From Camelus dromedarius (Eukaryota): a stretch of DNA of 64,000 bases. Positions 12,411 through 25,115 of the stretch are shown here, in pieces (within the stretch, counting starts at the first letter, position 1; the number at the start of each line of letters is the position of its first letter). Made by a program: the position numbers and the translations under genes. Location: contig NC_087436.1 in assembly GCF_036321535.1 (NCBI RefSeq), forward strand, positions 119,910,001 to 119,974,000, in the 5' to 3' direction. Below the pieces are notes generated by a model, which saw only the letters and a list, made by a program, of their open reading frames with translations, did no database searches and had not been told where the DNA came from.

Positions 12411-13076
12411 GCGTCGTTGGTTCTGGGTGGCGGTGTTTCCACTTCACGGATGGGGAGGCCAGGTCTCAGGGAGATAAGGAGGTGGCCTGAGTGGGGATGG
12501 GAACTGGCCCTGCTCCGCCTCACCCTGTGCTGGTTTCCGCAGCGCAGGCTGCACAGAGCTTTGTAGTAGGGAGCCCAGGGCCATGTCAGTGGTTCCAGCG
12601 AGTGTTCTAGAACGAAGAAGCAAATGGTCCCAGTAACTAAGAGGGAACACCCCAACTTCCTGGCAGTGTTCTGGCTCACTCTGGGTGAGTCGTATTAGCA
12701 AGTTCACGTGTCCCCGCCCTTAGTCACAGGGCTGAACTTGGAGAGCGACCCTTGGCCCCTCGGACGTGTTGCAGTGCACCCGCTGGCTTTGGGAACTGAT
12801 GTCCCTCCTCTGAGGCTCCTCTTCATGTCACTCTAATGGCTTATTTGTTCACTGCCATGAGCTCAGAGGTGGGGCATAGCAGGGGCTACCTGACTGAGCA
12901 CCGAGGGGACATGATTTTAAAAATGAACAACTATTCCCTGAAGAAGGACTCCTTACAGCAGCTTCCTGACCTGCCCCCAAGACGGGAACTCCCACCCTCC
13001 TCCCAGGTAAGTGGAGAGGCGAGAGGTTTGCCCTGCCTTTGGGATTAAGGCTGTGGGCTGCATTTTCATCAGAAAG

Positions 13077-13480
13077 TGATGATAGTGGTGATGGAGAGGA
13101 CAGTGTTGTGATGAGGATGATGATGAAGATGAAGGTGAAGGTGAAGAGGATGAGGAGGGGGGGAATTGTGATAATGATGGTGATAATGATGGTGATGATG
13201 ATGCTGGTGGTGATGGTGATGATGGTGTTGGTGATGATGGTGATGATGGTGTTGATGATAATGATGGTGGTGATGATGGTGGTGATGATGATGGTGGTGG
13301 TGATGGTGATGATAATGGTGGTGATGATAAAGAACATAAGGAAGATGATGAGGGAATTAGGATAATGATGAAGATGATGGTGGTAATAGGATGATTAGGA
13401 TGACGAAGAAGATGATGGTCATGCTGCTGTTGAAGATAATGATTGTGATAAAGATGATGGTAGTGAAGACAGTGGTGACC
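13077..13480. repeat. (GAT/GGT)n trinucleotide low-complexity tract
   Basis: About 400 bp of gatgat/ggtgat triplets. It explains the Met/Val-rich and Ile/Thr-rich ORFs. Confidence 0.95.
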
Positions 13481-13904
13481 ATCACAGTTATCATTTACTG
13501 AGCCTACTGTGTGCCTCCTGACGTTCCTATCTTTGCCACCACTTTACTAGTGAGAAAAATGACCAGCAGAGTTCGCACAGCTGAGTAGAGTTGGAGTAAT
13601 TCACACCAACTGCTGTGCAGACAGATCTCCACATGTCAGTTGTTCAACACGAATCCATTCCTCACTCAGGAAGCCCGAGGCCACTTGGTTCTTAGCTCCC
13701 TCAGTCAGGCAGCGACACACATGCTGTTTCTCGGCCAGTTGGCTCCAGCCAGTCACACAGCCCCGCTTGCCCCGAGGGAGACAGGGAGCCCCGACGCCCG
13801 TGGATGTCTCGTAGGGGCTAGCTTTCTCGGCCCCCAGCTCAGAAGCACCTGAGCTAAGACTCGGACACAGATCTACTGACTGCAACACCTGTATTTATTT
13901 TTCA

Positions 13905-15120
13905 AGGGTCTTTTTTTTAAAGTTTTCAATTTTGTAACAGTTTTAGATTCACAGATAAAGTGCAAAGATAGTACAGAGAGTGTCTATATGCCTCACACCC
14001 CGTTTCCCTGGTTGTTAATCTCACGTGTTAGTATGGTCCGTTGGTCACAGCTAAGTACTGACGCACATGATTAACGAAACCACACTGTTCTCAGGCGTCC
14101 TCGGTTTTTACTTATGTCCTTATTCTGCTCAGGATCCCACCCAGGACACCACATTGTATTTAGTTGTCCTGTCTCCTTACATTCCTCAGGAGAGTGACAG
14201 GTTCTCAAACTTTTCTTGTTTTTAATGATCTCGACATTTCCAAATGGGACTGTTTGTTTTTAGACTGTCCCTCAATTAGGATTTGTTTGATGTTTTTCCA
14301 GGGTTAGCCTTGGGTTGTGGGCTTTGGGGAGGAAGACCACCGAGGTAAAGTGCCCCTCCCCTCACGTCAAGTCAGAGTTGATACTGTCAACATGACACCA
14401 CTGGGCTTTGACCTCGATCACCTGGACGAGGTGGTGGTTTTCGGGTTTCTCGACTCTCAAGTTCCTCTTTATTTTTCGCTCTCTTTCCATCCTGTCCTGT
14501 TTGGAAGGGAGTCACTGTGGGCACTCACACTTAAGGGGGCGTGGGGAGTTGCGCCCCCACTCCTTGAGGGCGCAAGTTCCCCGTAAACTACTTAGCACTC
14601 TTCCTCACAGAGATCTGTGTCTTCTCCCCCATTTATTTATTCCATCGACTATTCATATGAGGATGCAGCATGAACATTTATTTTATCTTCTGGGTTATAG
14701 CCCCAGACTGCTTGACTTTGTGGCTCAGATGGTCCCAGGTGTGGCCACCGGGAGCTCTTCCAGTTGGCTCCCATGTACCGTTGACACTCCCATCGTTGTG
14801 ATTTTTGTGCTCAGCACATCCTTACTTCCTGGTTCTCCAGGACCCTCCACACTCACCTTGTATATTTCCCACTCCAATCCTAGAATCAGCCATTTCTCCA
14901 AGATGTCCCAGTTCCTTTTATTAGAGAATGATATTAAAGGGGGCAGAGGGTATAGCTCAGTGGTAGAGCACGTGCTTAGCATGCACGAGGTCCTGGGTTC
15001 AAGCCCCAGTACCTCCATTGAAAAAGAAATAAATAAAAACCTAATTATCTCCCCTTAAAAATAAAAAACAAACAAACAAACAAAAAGAATAATATTAGAA
15101 ACCAAATTAGAGTGCTAGGC
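13905..15120 (-). mobile_element. L1MC/L1MD-type 3' region, interrupted by a SINE
   Basis: T-rich start, ttttagattcacagataaagtgcaaagatagtacagagag, and cctagaatcagccatttctccaag are typical old L1 3'UTR antisense phrases. Confidence 0.7.
14939..15085 (+). mobile_element. tRNA-derived SINE (camelid Vic-1-like) with TSD
   Basis: A box tagctcagtggtag, B box ggttcaagcc and an A-rich tail. TSD agaatgatatta (14925-14936) / agaataatatta (15086-15097). Confidence 0.9.
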
Positions 15121-15569
15121 AGCCCAGAATTTTTCCCCATGATCCCAGAGTTTCCCAAATCTTCTCAGCTCGTGCTGAACTGAATGTCTCAGTCATGGCT
15201 TCACAGCACGCCTAGACCAGAACAAGACCCCCAAACCTGAAAAGTTCTATTTATTACTAGTTAGGGCCAAACAGCTTAGTAAGTATCCATGTCCTGATAA
15301 CATAGCAATCAGGTTTTAAAATACACAAAAACTGAAAGAAAAACTAGTGTTTTTATTTCATCCTGCATCACGGCTGCTGGGATGCACGCACCTGGTGGCC
15401 GCAGCGCCCCTCTCAGGCTCTGGAATCACATCCCAGGCATGTCCCACGTCCCTCGTTCCCTCCTCTTAGTGCTTCCAGATCAGGTCCTGGGGTGGCAGCC
15501 GAACCCCGGAGGCCACCGAGGGAAGCGCGTGGGCCCTTAGAGGACCTGGGAACTGTGAGGGGAGCAGAT

Positions 15570-15720
15570 GTGGAGTCCCGGGCTAGGACTGGGCTCTGCC
15601 ACTTTCCAGCTGTGTGACCTTGGGCATAGTGTCCACACGGTCCCTCTGGGCCTCCGTTTACTTCTCTGCAAATGGAGAGAAGTGTGACAACACAGGCAGG
15701 TGGCCTTGTCCACGTGTTTC
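15570..15720 (+). mobile_element. MIR SINE
   Basis: ggctctgccactttccagctgtgtgaccttgggca...ctctgggcctccgtt. Confidence 0.7.
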
Positions 15721-18700
15721 ACCCACAGGAACCCACGCGTGTGCCATGGGAAGGGATGAGGGTGCTGAGACCGAATGTGACACAGCATGGGGTCTGCCCA
15801 CCACAGCCCCAGGGGACAGGTGCCCCGGGCACGGCGAGGTGCCACCCTGAGCATCTGCTCTCGGAGCCTCCCCAGGGTGACTGTCACACTGGGAGCCTCC
15901 ACCTGCTGAGTGTGAGGCTGGAGCTTAAGGAGCCAACTCTGGAAGGTTTTACTTTGCAAAAGGCTCTTTAGTGCATCCTGTCCGTCGCCACACGCGTCAG
16001 ACATGTGCACATGTGCACATGCTCTTAGGACCGCGTGTGTCTGCGGCGTGTGGGCTCAGAGGTGTGTGGACGGATAGAGGACTCCATTTGGAGAATCTGT
16101 GTGTCTTGCACACACAACAGGATGCTCCTCCTTTTGTGGAGATTGTTGACGGCTCCTCAAGGTCATTTTGACTTTCTCAAGCCCATCCTGTAGGGGACGA
16201 GGCACTCTGGCCCTGGGAGCGGGAGCAGAGGGGTCACGGGGGGTCCGGTGATGGATGACACAGAGTAGCTCAGAAATCGGAGGTGCCGTTGAACAGCTTT
16301 CAACCCAAGTCGGTTGTCCTTCTGAGCCTGATGGACGCAGCCACTCTGGACCCTCCCGTCCCCACCCTGATGGACACGGCTTTTGAAGACAATTGGAGTG
16401 ATCTGTTAGTGGGCTGGGGGGACAAGGTGCTTTGTCCTCTAGCTCTGCCGGGCAGGGACTAGAACAGACAGCTTGTTTCCAGGAGGGAGGGGCACCATCT
16501 GCTTCTGTGGGGGAGACCAGGCCCTCCCAATCCGACCCTGGCTCTAAATGCTAATTGCCTGGCCTAAGGTGTTACTGATAAAGCCGGGCAGAGGAAGTGA
16601 GGAAATTCATTATTTTGGGTTTCAAAATAGTGACTGTGGAGGGGCTGGCAGTGAATAGTGGATTAGAAGCCATCCTGTGGCATCCCGATTTATGGGCCCA
16701 TAAAGCAGCGGCTGGTGGAGCCCGGGGACAGGGGGGCACTGAGCGTGCGTCTCCACCGTGGGGAGCCCTGCCCGTCTGCAGGCACTGCAAGTGCTCTGAG
16801 ACCCGGCCCCTTCGATGCCCGCCGCGGTGGGCTGCCGCCAGCTCAGTAACCCGCCTTGGTCTCCTCCTCTGAGACTCACCCTCCTGTGCAGGCTCGGGGG
16901 CACCACCAGGAAGTCAGTGGACCCTTCCGTGTCCCCCGCTGTGCGCTGCTGTCAGAGGGAAGTGATTCAGCCTCCCGCACCACCTTGTGGGTTGGCCCTC
17001 CTTTACTGAAGACGGGGAAGGCAGGGGGGCCCCGGGGATACAGGGGAGCAGACAGCAAGCTGAGAGGCGCCGTGACTTGGAAAGTGGCTTCCTGGCACCA
17101 GTCTAGTCCTTTTTCCTTCATGCTGGACGACATCCGCCGTGATTTGGCACCAAACCTCTGGTCTCCAGGAAGCTCCAGCTTTCCTCCAGGAGGGGAGGTT
17201 CTCATTAGTGTGGGAAGCTGCAGTCTAGCTTCAAATGTGAGCGGGGGCGGGGAGGACAGGCAGTGATATGAGAACAAAATTCCAGGTAGATATTAGTTTG
17301 AGAAAACAACGCAGGGAGTTTATTTGTGGTGTGTTCAGCCTGGCTGGGAGGAAGGGCTGTGTCCCCACCGGGTGCTGGCTACCCCTTTCCATCCCAAGAC
17401 AGCACAGAGAGACTTCAGAAGCAAGGCCGGGAGTGGCTTTCCATGGAAATCTCCACTTGCAGCTTTAATGAGCATCTTGCCAAGCTGTCCCCATCTCCTG
17501 AGCTGGAGCCTCCTGTGTTTATTAAAATAATGAAGCCTGTTTGTTCAAGAAGCAGATAGAATGGCAGGGAACTTTTGCAATATTTGTTCTTTTAGTTTTT
17601 TTTTCAAACAAACGTGCTCTGCGCATCACCTCTGGGCCTAGGGCTGGGTGCTGCGGACACAGAGGTGGGCCAGATCCAGGCCCAGCCTCAGGAGAGGCAC
17701 GCGGCAGCAGAGGTCTTTGCTGGCTGGAGAGGCCTTGAAAGACCGCCTTTAAGCAGGTCCATGAAGGAGGAGGCTTAACCAGGAGGGGAGTAAGGGGAAG
17801 GCATCCCGGGGGTTGGCGTGACCCGGGCAAAGGCACAGAGGTGGGAGACAACGTGGCAGCTCCCTGGACCAGCCTGGCCGGGAACTTGCACTCATCCCCA
17901 GGCTTACTGGCTGCAGCTCTGCACCGGGCTTGTGAGGGTGGCCGGGGTGAACTCTGAGATGGATGAGATGGGAGACACTGGGACCATCAGAGCAGCCTAG
18001 TGTGAGCTGGACAGAGAAAAGAAGGAGGCGACAGGACATGGGGAGAGACGGTCAGAGTGAGCAAGGGGATGGGGGTGGCGGGGCTGAGGGAGGGGACTAG
18101 GCTGAGACCTCCGGGGTCTGTGCCTGGGGGACACGTCGTGAGGGAAACGGCCCCCAGGGCGGACCACGTCAAAGCCTCAGCCCCAAAGGGTGCTGCAGCG
18201 TTAAGTTACAGACCCCCTCGGTGCTAATACTGGGGATCCTCATCAGTGTTGGAAAGGACAAGCATACCCTGCTAACAAGTCCAGCTACCTGGCTTCCCGG
18301 GACCCGCCAAGCCCTGTGCGGTGATGGACTGTCCCTTAACTGCGCTTTGGCAGGTGCGGTGGTTTCCCAGCCTCCCTCACTCGGTGTGGTGAGGATGCCT
18401 CGCGAGCTGGGTGCCCTCAGGCGCTGGGCGCGCATGGGCCCCCCGCTGGAGGGACTTGGCGGCGTGCGTTCACAGGTTCAGGGGCAGGTCTGATCGCCTG
18501 TCTCTCCCGGGCTGGAGACCCTGCAGTGGCTCCCGTCTCTCCCTAGAGCCACGCTCGAGCCCCACTGTCTCCGAGGCCTCATCCCTCCTGTCTGCTCCTC
18601 TCTGAGCTCTAGTCTCTGCCCTTCAGTCAAGGCCTTGACCGTGTCAGGCCTGCATGGGGGCCGGGAGCCCTGCGCACCCCCTCTTAGCTCCCTCTGCACA

Positions 18701-21259
18701 CCTTCAGCTCCTCTCTTGAAACAACTGCTTCCTCCAGGCAGCCTCCTGGAGCCCGGCCAGACCTGGCCTCCCGGGGGGGCCCTGCAGGCTCCTTGTGGAC
18801 CCACCTTCTGTTCTGTCTCTTGACAGGATGGTGAGCTCTTTCCTGTGTCCTCTTCCAGCCCGTGTGCTCCCAGAGAGCAGGGCCTGGGTTGACGTGGTTC
18901 ACCGTTGGTCCCTGCTTTCCTGGGACGCCGATGGGGTTGGGAGCGGGGGTCGTCCTAACAACGAGGGGAAGCCAGAATGCGGTTCTCCCCGAAGCAGGGG
19001 GCAGACGTCTCTTCCTCCCGCTGCACAGCAAACTCGTGGAGAAGTGCTGCATTTGTAATACCTCTAACAGACGGGCTCGAACACGCACTGAGCCCCTTTG
19101 GAAGGTTTTCAAACAGCCGAAGTATTTTTGTTCCCACGAGCTTAAGGCCCGCACATTTGAGAGATTTCAGAAGTGATGCACATCATTTCACAACACTGGA
19201 AAGACGGCCAAACAGCCATTTTCAAAGCGCTCCCTTCGCAGTCTCAGCCTCTTTGGAAGGGAAGGGTTTCTCACTGTGAAAGCAGTTCTTGATTTGAGGG
19301 GACATGTTGCCCATGTTGATTCATTTTGAAAACATGACCAGGTAGCCCACGAGTGTTAACACCCTGCCTTCCGTTCCCATTTGGAGCTTGTGTCTTTTGG
19401 TAAAAGGAAAACGCAGAATTCGTCTTCAAGTTCAACGGATCTCGAAAGCACCTCGTTTATGAGCTACTCATCCGACTCCGGCGAGCTGACCAGCTCTCCG
19501 CTCATTACAAAAGTCTATCGAAGGGTGTTGTCTTCATAAAATTAAACTCCGGGGACACTGCATGGCGGGTCAGCAGGTCACAGTGGTAAGACCTCGGTCA
19601 CCCCATGCGACAAGGCAGTTAGAGTTGAGGGGCCACTGTCAACCCAGTCAAGAGGAACGCTAACGTCTTCCTTATTTTTCTGGTCAAATAAGCATAAACA
19701 GAGTTCTAGTAGTTTCTGGTGACACCCCCCTTCCCCAGCCTCAAGGAATTCCAAGGACAAAGGAAAGTCTTCCCGCAAAGAATCGGCTGGGAGGCTGGAT
19801 GTCAGAGCCCCCCACGGTTGCAAGCTTCCTGGTCTCTTTAGGGCAGAGAGTCACCCCAGTGGCTTCAGGCTTCTGAACCCTTAACTGACACACACGGATG
19901 AATTTCAGCCTGCTGTCCTGGCCCCTAGGGCCGTCGCCCCATGCTCACTGCGGCCCCGTGGAAAGCACAGACTCGTTCCTGCATCGCACCCCCTCTGCCC
20001 AGGGCACGCCACCCCAGAGGTCCTCACTGGCCTCCATCCTTGGCCCTCTTCCTGTCTCTTCCCCAGCATCTCCCTTTCAGAAAGCTATCTGAAAGGGCCC
20101 CCTCCTCTCCCGCAGTTCCCCTCCAACCCTTTTCTGTTCCTCCATTTTCTTCAAAGTGGTCGTTGCTTTTGGAAATTACAGCCGGCCCTCAGTGTCCATG
20201 GGGGGTTGCTGCCAGGACCATCTACGGGTGCTCGTGTCCCTGCCGTCAGCCCTTCATGTTGGCGGGCTCCTCGTTCGCGGCTCCAGAGATCTGCTTGTGT
20301 GTTTCCCTGGTCTCAGCCGGTCTTCCTGAAGCTCAAGCATGAGCCCCTGGGGTGGACTCTGTCCTGTGTTCCTTCACAGCGCCAGTGGCAGGACGTAGCG
20401 GGGGGCTGTGCCGTCCTTCTCCCCGCAGATGACCTTGGTGACCGGCCTCCCCATCGCAGAGGCGCACCCAGGGAAGCGGGGTCCTCCCCGGGAACACCAG
20501 CTAAACTTGTGCATTTAGAGCCAAATGCGTGTCTTCTCTTAGAACACAGGGGGTTGCTTGTACTCAGGCCTTAAAGAGTGAGATGAAATTCTCTCTCCAG
20601 TCCCCCGCCCTGGCCACAATTGAATGTCACGACATTTCCTGCCCGTCCTGACGCCATGTAGGGTGCAGATGGCGGGGCCGGGGAGCAGCTGGGGCTGTGT
20701 GACTCATTAAAGGAGGGGAAGCGATGGGAGGGAGGGTGGCACTTACCAAGGAGGCAGAAGGATCCTTTTCCCCTAGCTCAGGGCTTTTAAAGGTCAGCCC
20801 ACATCTGTGAGAGGACCTGTAGCTTTGCTGAGTGACTCCAAGGAGATGGCTGTGTTCGTGTGAAAGATGCTGGTTGTCCTCGAGGGTGCCTTGAGCGAAT
20901 GCTCCAGTCCTGCAAGGCTTCTTGGTCTGCTAACCCTTCTTAGCTTCACACCAGCCCTTCTCTGATAGAGAAACAGCCGTCTCCTGACCGTCGTGGCTCT
21001 TCTCCTGGCCCGGGCTGACCCGCCGTGCACCTTTCAGATGTTTTGAGAGTCCTGCCGCCTGACCTTCAAACGGAGGAGACGGGGAGACAGAGACAGAAGA
21101 CAGAGGGGACCGGGTGTGATGTCACACAGTGCAGGTCCTGGGGCTGGAGGCAGGAGCCCGGGGCGCCACCGGAGACCCCAGAGGGGGAGCCGGTCCCTAG
21201 AGCCTGCCTCAGCCGCGCTCTTGTTAAAGGAAGGTTCCATCCGCTCTTCCCCCTCCCAG

Positions 21260-21730
21260 TTCTTTGCCAGTCGATCCGCAGACATACCATGCGAGCCATG
21301 TATGAAATTTCAAATTTCTACTAGCCACACTCAAAAAGTAAGGAGAAACAGTGAAGTTGATTTTAATAGTACATTTTATTGATGCCAATATTGTCATGTC
21401 AATGAATAACTGATGTAAAAATAACCAAGGAGATCCTTTACACTCTTTTTTTCACACTAAGTCTATGAAACCCAGTTCGTATTTTATCCTGACAGCACAT
21501 CTCAGTTCAGCCTCTAAATTTTCCCTGAAAGTGCTGGATCTGTATTTAGAGTTCATAACGCTGCCAGCTGAACAGGCAGACTCGCATGCCCAGGTTGCTC
21601 CAAAGATACTTAAGTTTTGCAATAACCGAATCGAGTACCAGTTTTAAAAATTAAATTGAAGTCAGTTACAATTAAGCTAAATTAAAGCCCACGGTTCCTC
21701 AGTCACACAGGCGCGTCCGGGCCGGACAGC
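21260..21730. mobile_element. MER33/Charlie1-derived hAT DNA transposon
   Basis: atgcgagccatgtatgaaatttcaaatttctactagccacactcaaaaagtaag...cagcacatctcagttcag. Confidence 0.7.
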
Positions 21731-22449
21731 ACGTCTCGCTCCTGCTCAGCCGGAGGCGTGATGCGGGTGCTCCCGCGTCCTCTTAGGGAGGACGTGCCTG
21801 TGCTGCTCTCGTCCTCTGCTTTCCCAGCTGAATCGGGCAGGCGCCCGTGTCTGACGGCTGAGGTGTTTGTGGCCCAGTGTTGACAGTGCGGTGAGACAGG
21901 TGAATTATCTGATGTTTCTGTTTCTGTTCAGTAAAATGAATGATCTGACTTCATAATTGAGAAATTAGTTTTTTGAAAAGCTCCGTTGGCTTGTGAATTG
22001 ATGAAGTGGAGACTGTCACGCTTCGGAGGGGGGAGGGGGTCACATCTCAATGAACAAACAAGGTTCTAATGACTGGTGCCCAGCCGTGCTAGGATGCGGC
22101 TGAGCTGGGAAGGACGACGGTGAGTTCCCAACATCAGGACATTGTCCCTGGAAAGAGCGTTAGTCGGCACCAGAGAGAGAGCCACCCCATGTTCCCCTTT
22201 CTGACCAAGCCACCGGCTCAGCTGAAACACTGTAGCCGCAAAGAGAAATGGTGTTTTCAGGCCCCGTGAGTCACTGGGAAGAATTGGTTCCCTACACGTG
22301 GTCATAAGACAGTCTGGAATCTATTCATGGGTAATTTCATTCTAAAAATATGAGCTTACTTTCAGTAATCATTTTTTGGAAGACCTTCTTTAAAAAAATG
22401 AATTGATTCTGTCACTTAATATTAACTTCTCCTTGGATTTAGCCAAATA

Positions 22450-22850
22450 AAGCACAGGAGAGGGTCAATCAGATGAGAAGAGCCACTGAGTGCCTGCGGG
22501 AGCCAAGCACTGTGTAAGCAAGGAGGGGGCGGATCCAGCCTATGGTGCATCTTACTACAGTGGTCACCTTTGCACTGGGCTGTGAGGGATGAATAGGAGT
22601 CAGCCAGAAAAAGACCCAAGGAGCTTGTGTTCAAAGGCTTACTTATCTGGGAAGTGATGACAGTGGGAAACATTTGTAAGGTGTGGTTGCGGAGGGGTGG
22701 AGAGAGAGCGCACAATCTTGGAGATGGAGCAAACGTCTGCATGGAAGGGCGTGGGTCACCAGGGTAGAAACTGTCACGGACAGCAGGAGACTGCCGGCTT
22801 AAGCAGCTGGAGGGGCCAGGCAGGTAGGAGATCATAACATTTGTCTAGAG
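22450..22850 (-). mobile_element. L2 remnant
   Basis: ccactgagtgcctgcgggagccaagcactgtg and gggctgtgagggatgaataggagtcagccag. Confidence 0.5.
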
Positions 22851-22951
22851 CAGAAAGGGGAGGGGGGAGGTGACAGGTGTATAAGTAAGGAGGACTGGGT
22901 GCCTTAGAGACAGGGCACCTTACATCTCCTGGTATCAGCTTTCTGGTGGGC

Positions 22952-23087
22952 AGACAGGTGAAGTCAGGTGAACATACAGATGAGCTCAGGTGGGCATATA
23001 GGTAAACTTAGGTGGCATACAGGTGAAGTCAGGTGGGCATATGTCCATCCAAAGGAGGATGGACAGACGGGTGAAGTCAGGTGGGCA
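22952..23087. repeat. Diverged ~23-bp tandem repeat rich in CAGGTG
   Basis: Repeated caggtgaagtcaggtgggcata-type units. Confidence 0.75.
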
Positions 23088-24109
23088 AACGAAGGGGCTC
23101 TTGACCTAAAGGACTTTAAAAGCTTTTCAGTGAACTGCCAGCAGCTCATGTGTGCCCATGTGAATTATGACCAAATTATCCATCACAATTACTTCCAGTT
23201 AATTTGTCCTGCTCAGCTCGAGTCGGTTGATGAGTTTTCTTAATTTTGATCATATGCTCAAGGGAGTGTTTCGTTCCCCTACATCTGAAGTGTATCTAAA
23301 GGCAAACAGAGCCGAGAATGAGTGCTGGGTGCCTGAGAGCCGGGCAGACCAGCTGGGTTCCAGTTCCAGCTCCGGGACTGAACGATGGCCTTGGGCAAGA
23401 CGTGCAGCCTCTCTGGGACTGGGTTTCACCATCTATAACGAGGAATAAGTGGCGTTTTTGGTCCTGAAGCTTCCACCAGGTCTGGAATCCTGCTCAGCCT
23501 CGTACTGGAAAATGCTGATGATTTAAACCTCACATTTCTGTGTACAGGATGTAAGCCTATCTCACAGAGCCCGATCAGGCCCAGGTGTCCCTTCCTGGCT
23601 CCCCGTGACACCACCCCCCAACCCCTCACTCGCCCCCCACGGGGCTTCCTAGATGACGTCGCATCCTTGTGTGTCCCCTCAGTGAGCAGTTCCCTTCCTC
23701 TCTGTGTGGCCCATCTGTGAATAATGGTGCCTGGGGGTTTTAATGTTTACTTGGATCATTGTGATTATTTTTAAACTTTATAATAGCGACCACATAGTAA
23801 GTACCTACAAAATTCCTGGGCCACCTCCACACCTGTACCCACACACATGTAAGTTCATTACATTCACACAACATTTGGGAGTGGGAGTTGTTATCCCCGT
23901 GGTATAGCTGAGTGGAATGCAACCTAGAGAACTTATTTTCTCGTATGTAGAGGTGCCAAGCTGAAGACACTATTCTTGGTTCTTTCAACCTCCTCAGGGT
24001 GCTCTCTCAGGTTCTACTCATCTTTTAGGACTGCCTCAAGTATCCCTGAAGCCACAAGGCCAGTAAGAAATGGGCCAGGCTTCTCGTTAGGTCTTCTACA
24101 TCACGCCAG

Positions 24110-24480
24110 CCCTCAGCAGGATGCACTTGGAGAGCTCGTGCTCTGCCCCGAGCCGTGTGTGAAGCATCAAATGTGTGGAGGTGAATGAGGCACAGCCTGT
24201 CTTGGGGAGCTCACCTTCTAGCTGCAGGGGACAAACTCATGCATGTCTGGGATGCCCAGAACATGCAGATGCAAAGTGCCAGGGGATCGTAGATCAAGAT
24301 CCCTTCCACCTGGAGGGATCCAGGAAGACTTCCTGGAAGAGGAGGCAACTGTGTTCCTAGTAAGACTTGGGTATGATTTGTTCATGCAGGAGCAGAGTGG
24401 CATGATTCCAGATGAGGGGGGTGGGTGAGCAGAGGCAGGGAGGTGGGAATATGCAGTTAGATGTCTGTGCTTATGAAGGT
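24110..24480 (-). mobile_element. L2 remnant
   Basis: ggagctcaccttctagctgcagggg; gggatccaggaagacttcctggaagaggagg. Confidence 0.6.
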
Positions 24481-24919
24481 ATGGAAATGGGTGTTCGATT
24501 AAACCAGTTCACCCTGTGGGCTGTGCAACCAAAACCTAAGCTTAACGCAGACCCTTCCAGTTCATGGCATGTGGGTTTAACTTGTCATTTTCTATACAAG
24601 TAGACAATCCTTTTTTCATCTGATAGAGACTGCTTTGTGTATTTGCCCACTTCTTTGCAAAATTATTTCTTGATCTTTTAAATTTCTCCCATAGAAAGTC
24701 TCAGAGAGGAACTGACCGTCTCTAGTATCCATCTGTCGGGGGCTATTTGGGGCAGCAGCAGATGCCCCGACACAATAGTGGGGCTTGGGGGAATGTGTCT
24801 GGGACAGGTGGCTGAGTGTGACAAAAGCATGGATCTCAAACTCTGAGTAGGGAGAATTACTTGCATTGTGTAGAAATTAGAGACCTATGGGCCAGTTTTA
24901 GTGGGAGACACTTCCAAAT

Positions 24920-25115
24920 TATAATAATAACTATGTGCTGGGTGGTAATTCATTGTTTTACACTAAAATTGTTAAGATAGCCTTACAAAGGAGATATATC
25001 CCCATTATACAGATGAGGAAACTGAGGCTCAGGGAAGAGATTTGCCCAGGTTTATCCAGTGAGAGAGAGCGGACCTGAGATTTGAACCTAGATCTGTCTG
25101 ACACCAAAGCCTTTT
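24920..25115 (-). mobile_element. MIR SINE
   Basis: ccccattatacagatgaggaaactgaggctcagggaag...gatttgaacctagatctgtctgac. Confidence 0.85.

Noticed and set aside
12849..13365. Ile/Thr-rich and Met/Val-rich ORFs
   Set aside because: Products of the (GAT/GGT)n tract.
14939..15015. tRNA-like sequence (also at ~30695-30769, ~32885-32950 and ~59320-59390)
   Set aside because: SINE heads with A-rich tails and TSDs, not tRNA genes.
16002..16021. 20-bp palindrome catgtgcacatgtgcacatg
   Set aside because: A trivial result of a tandem 8-mer of alternating purine-pyrimidine sequence.
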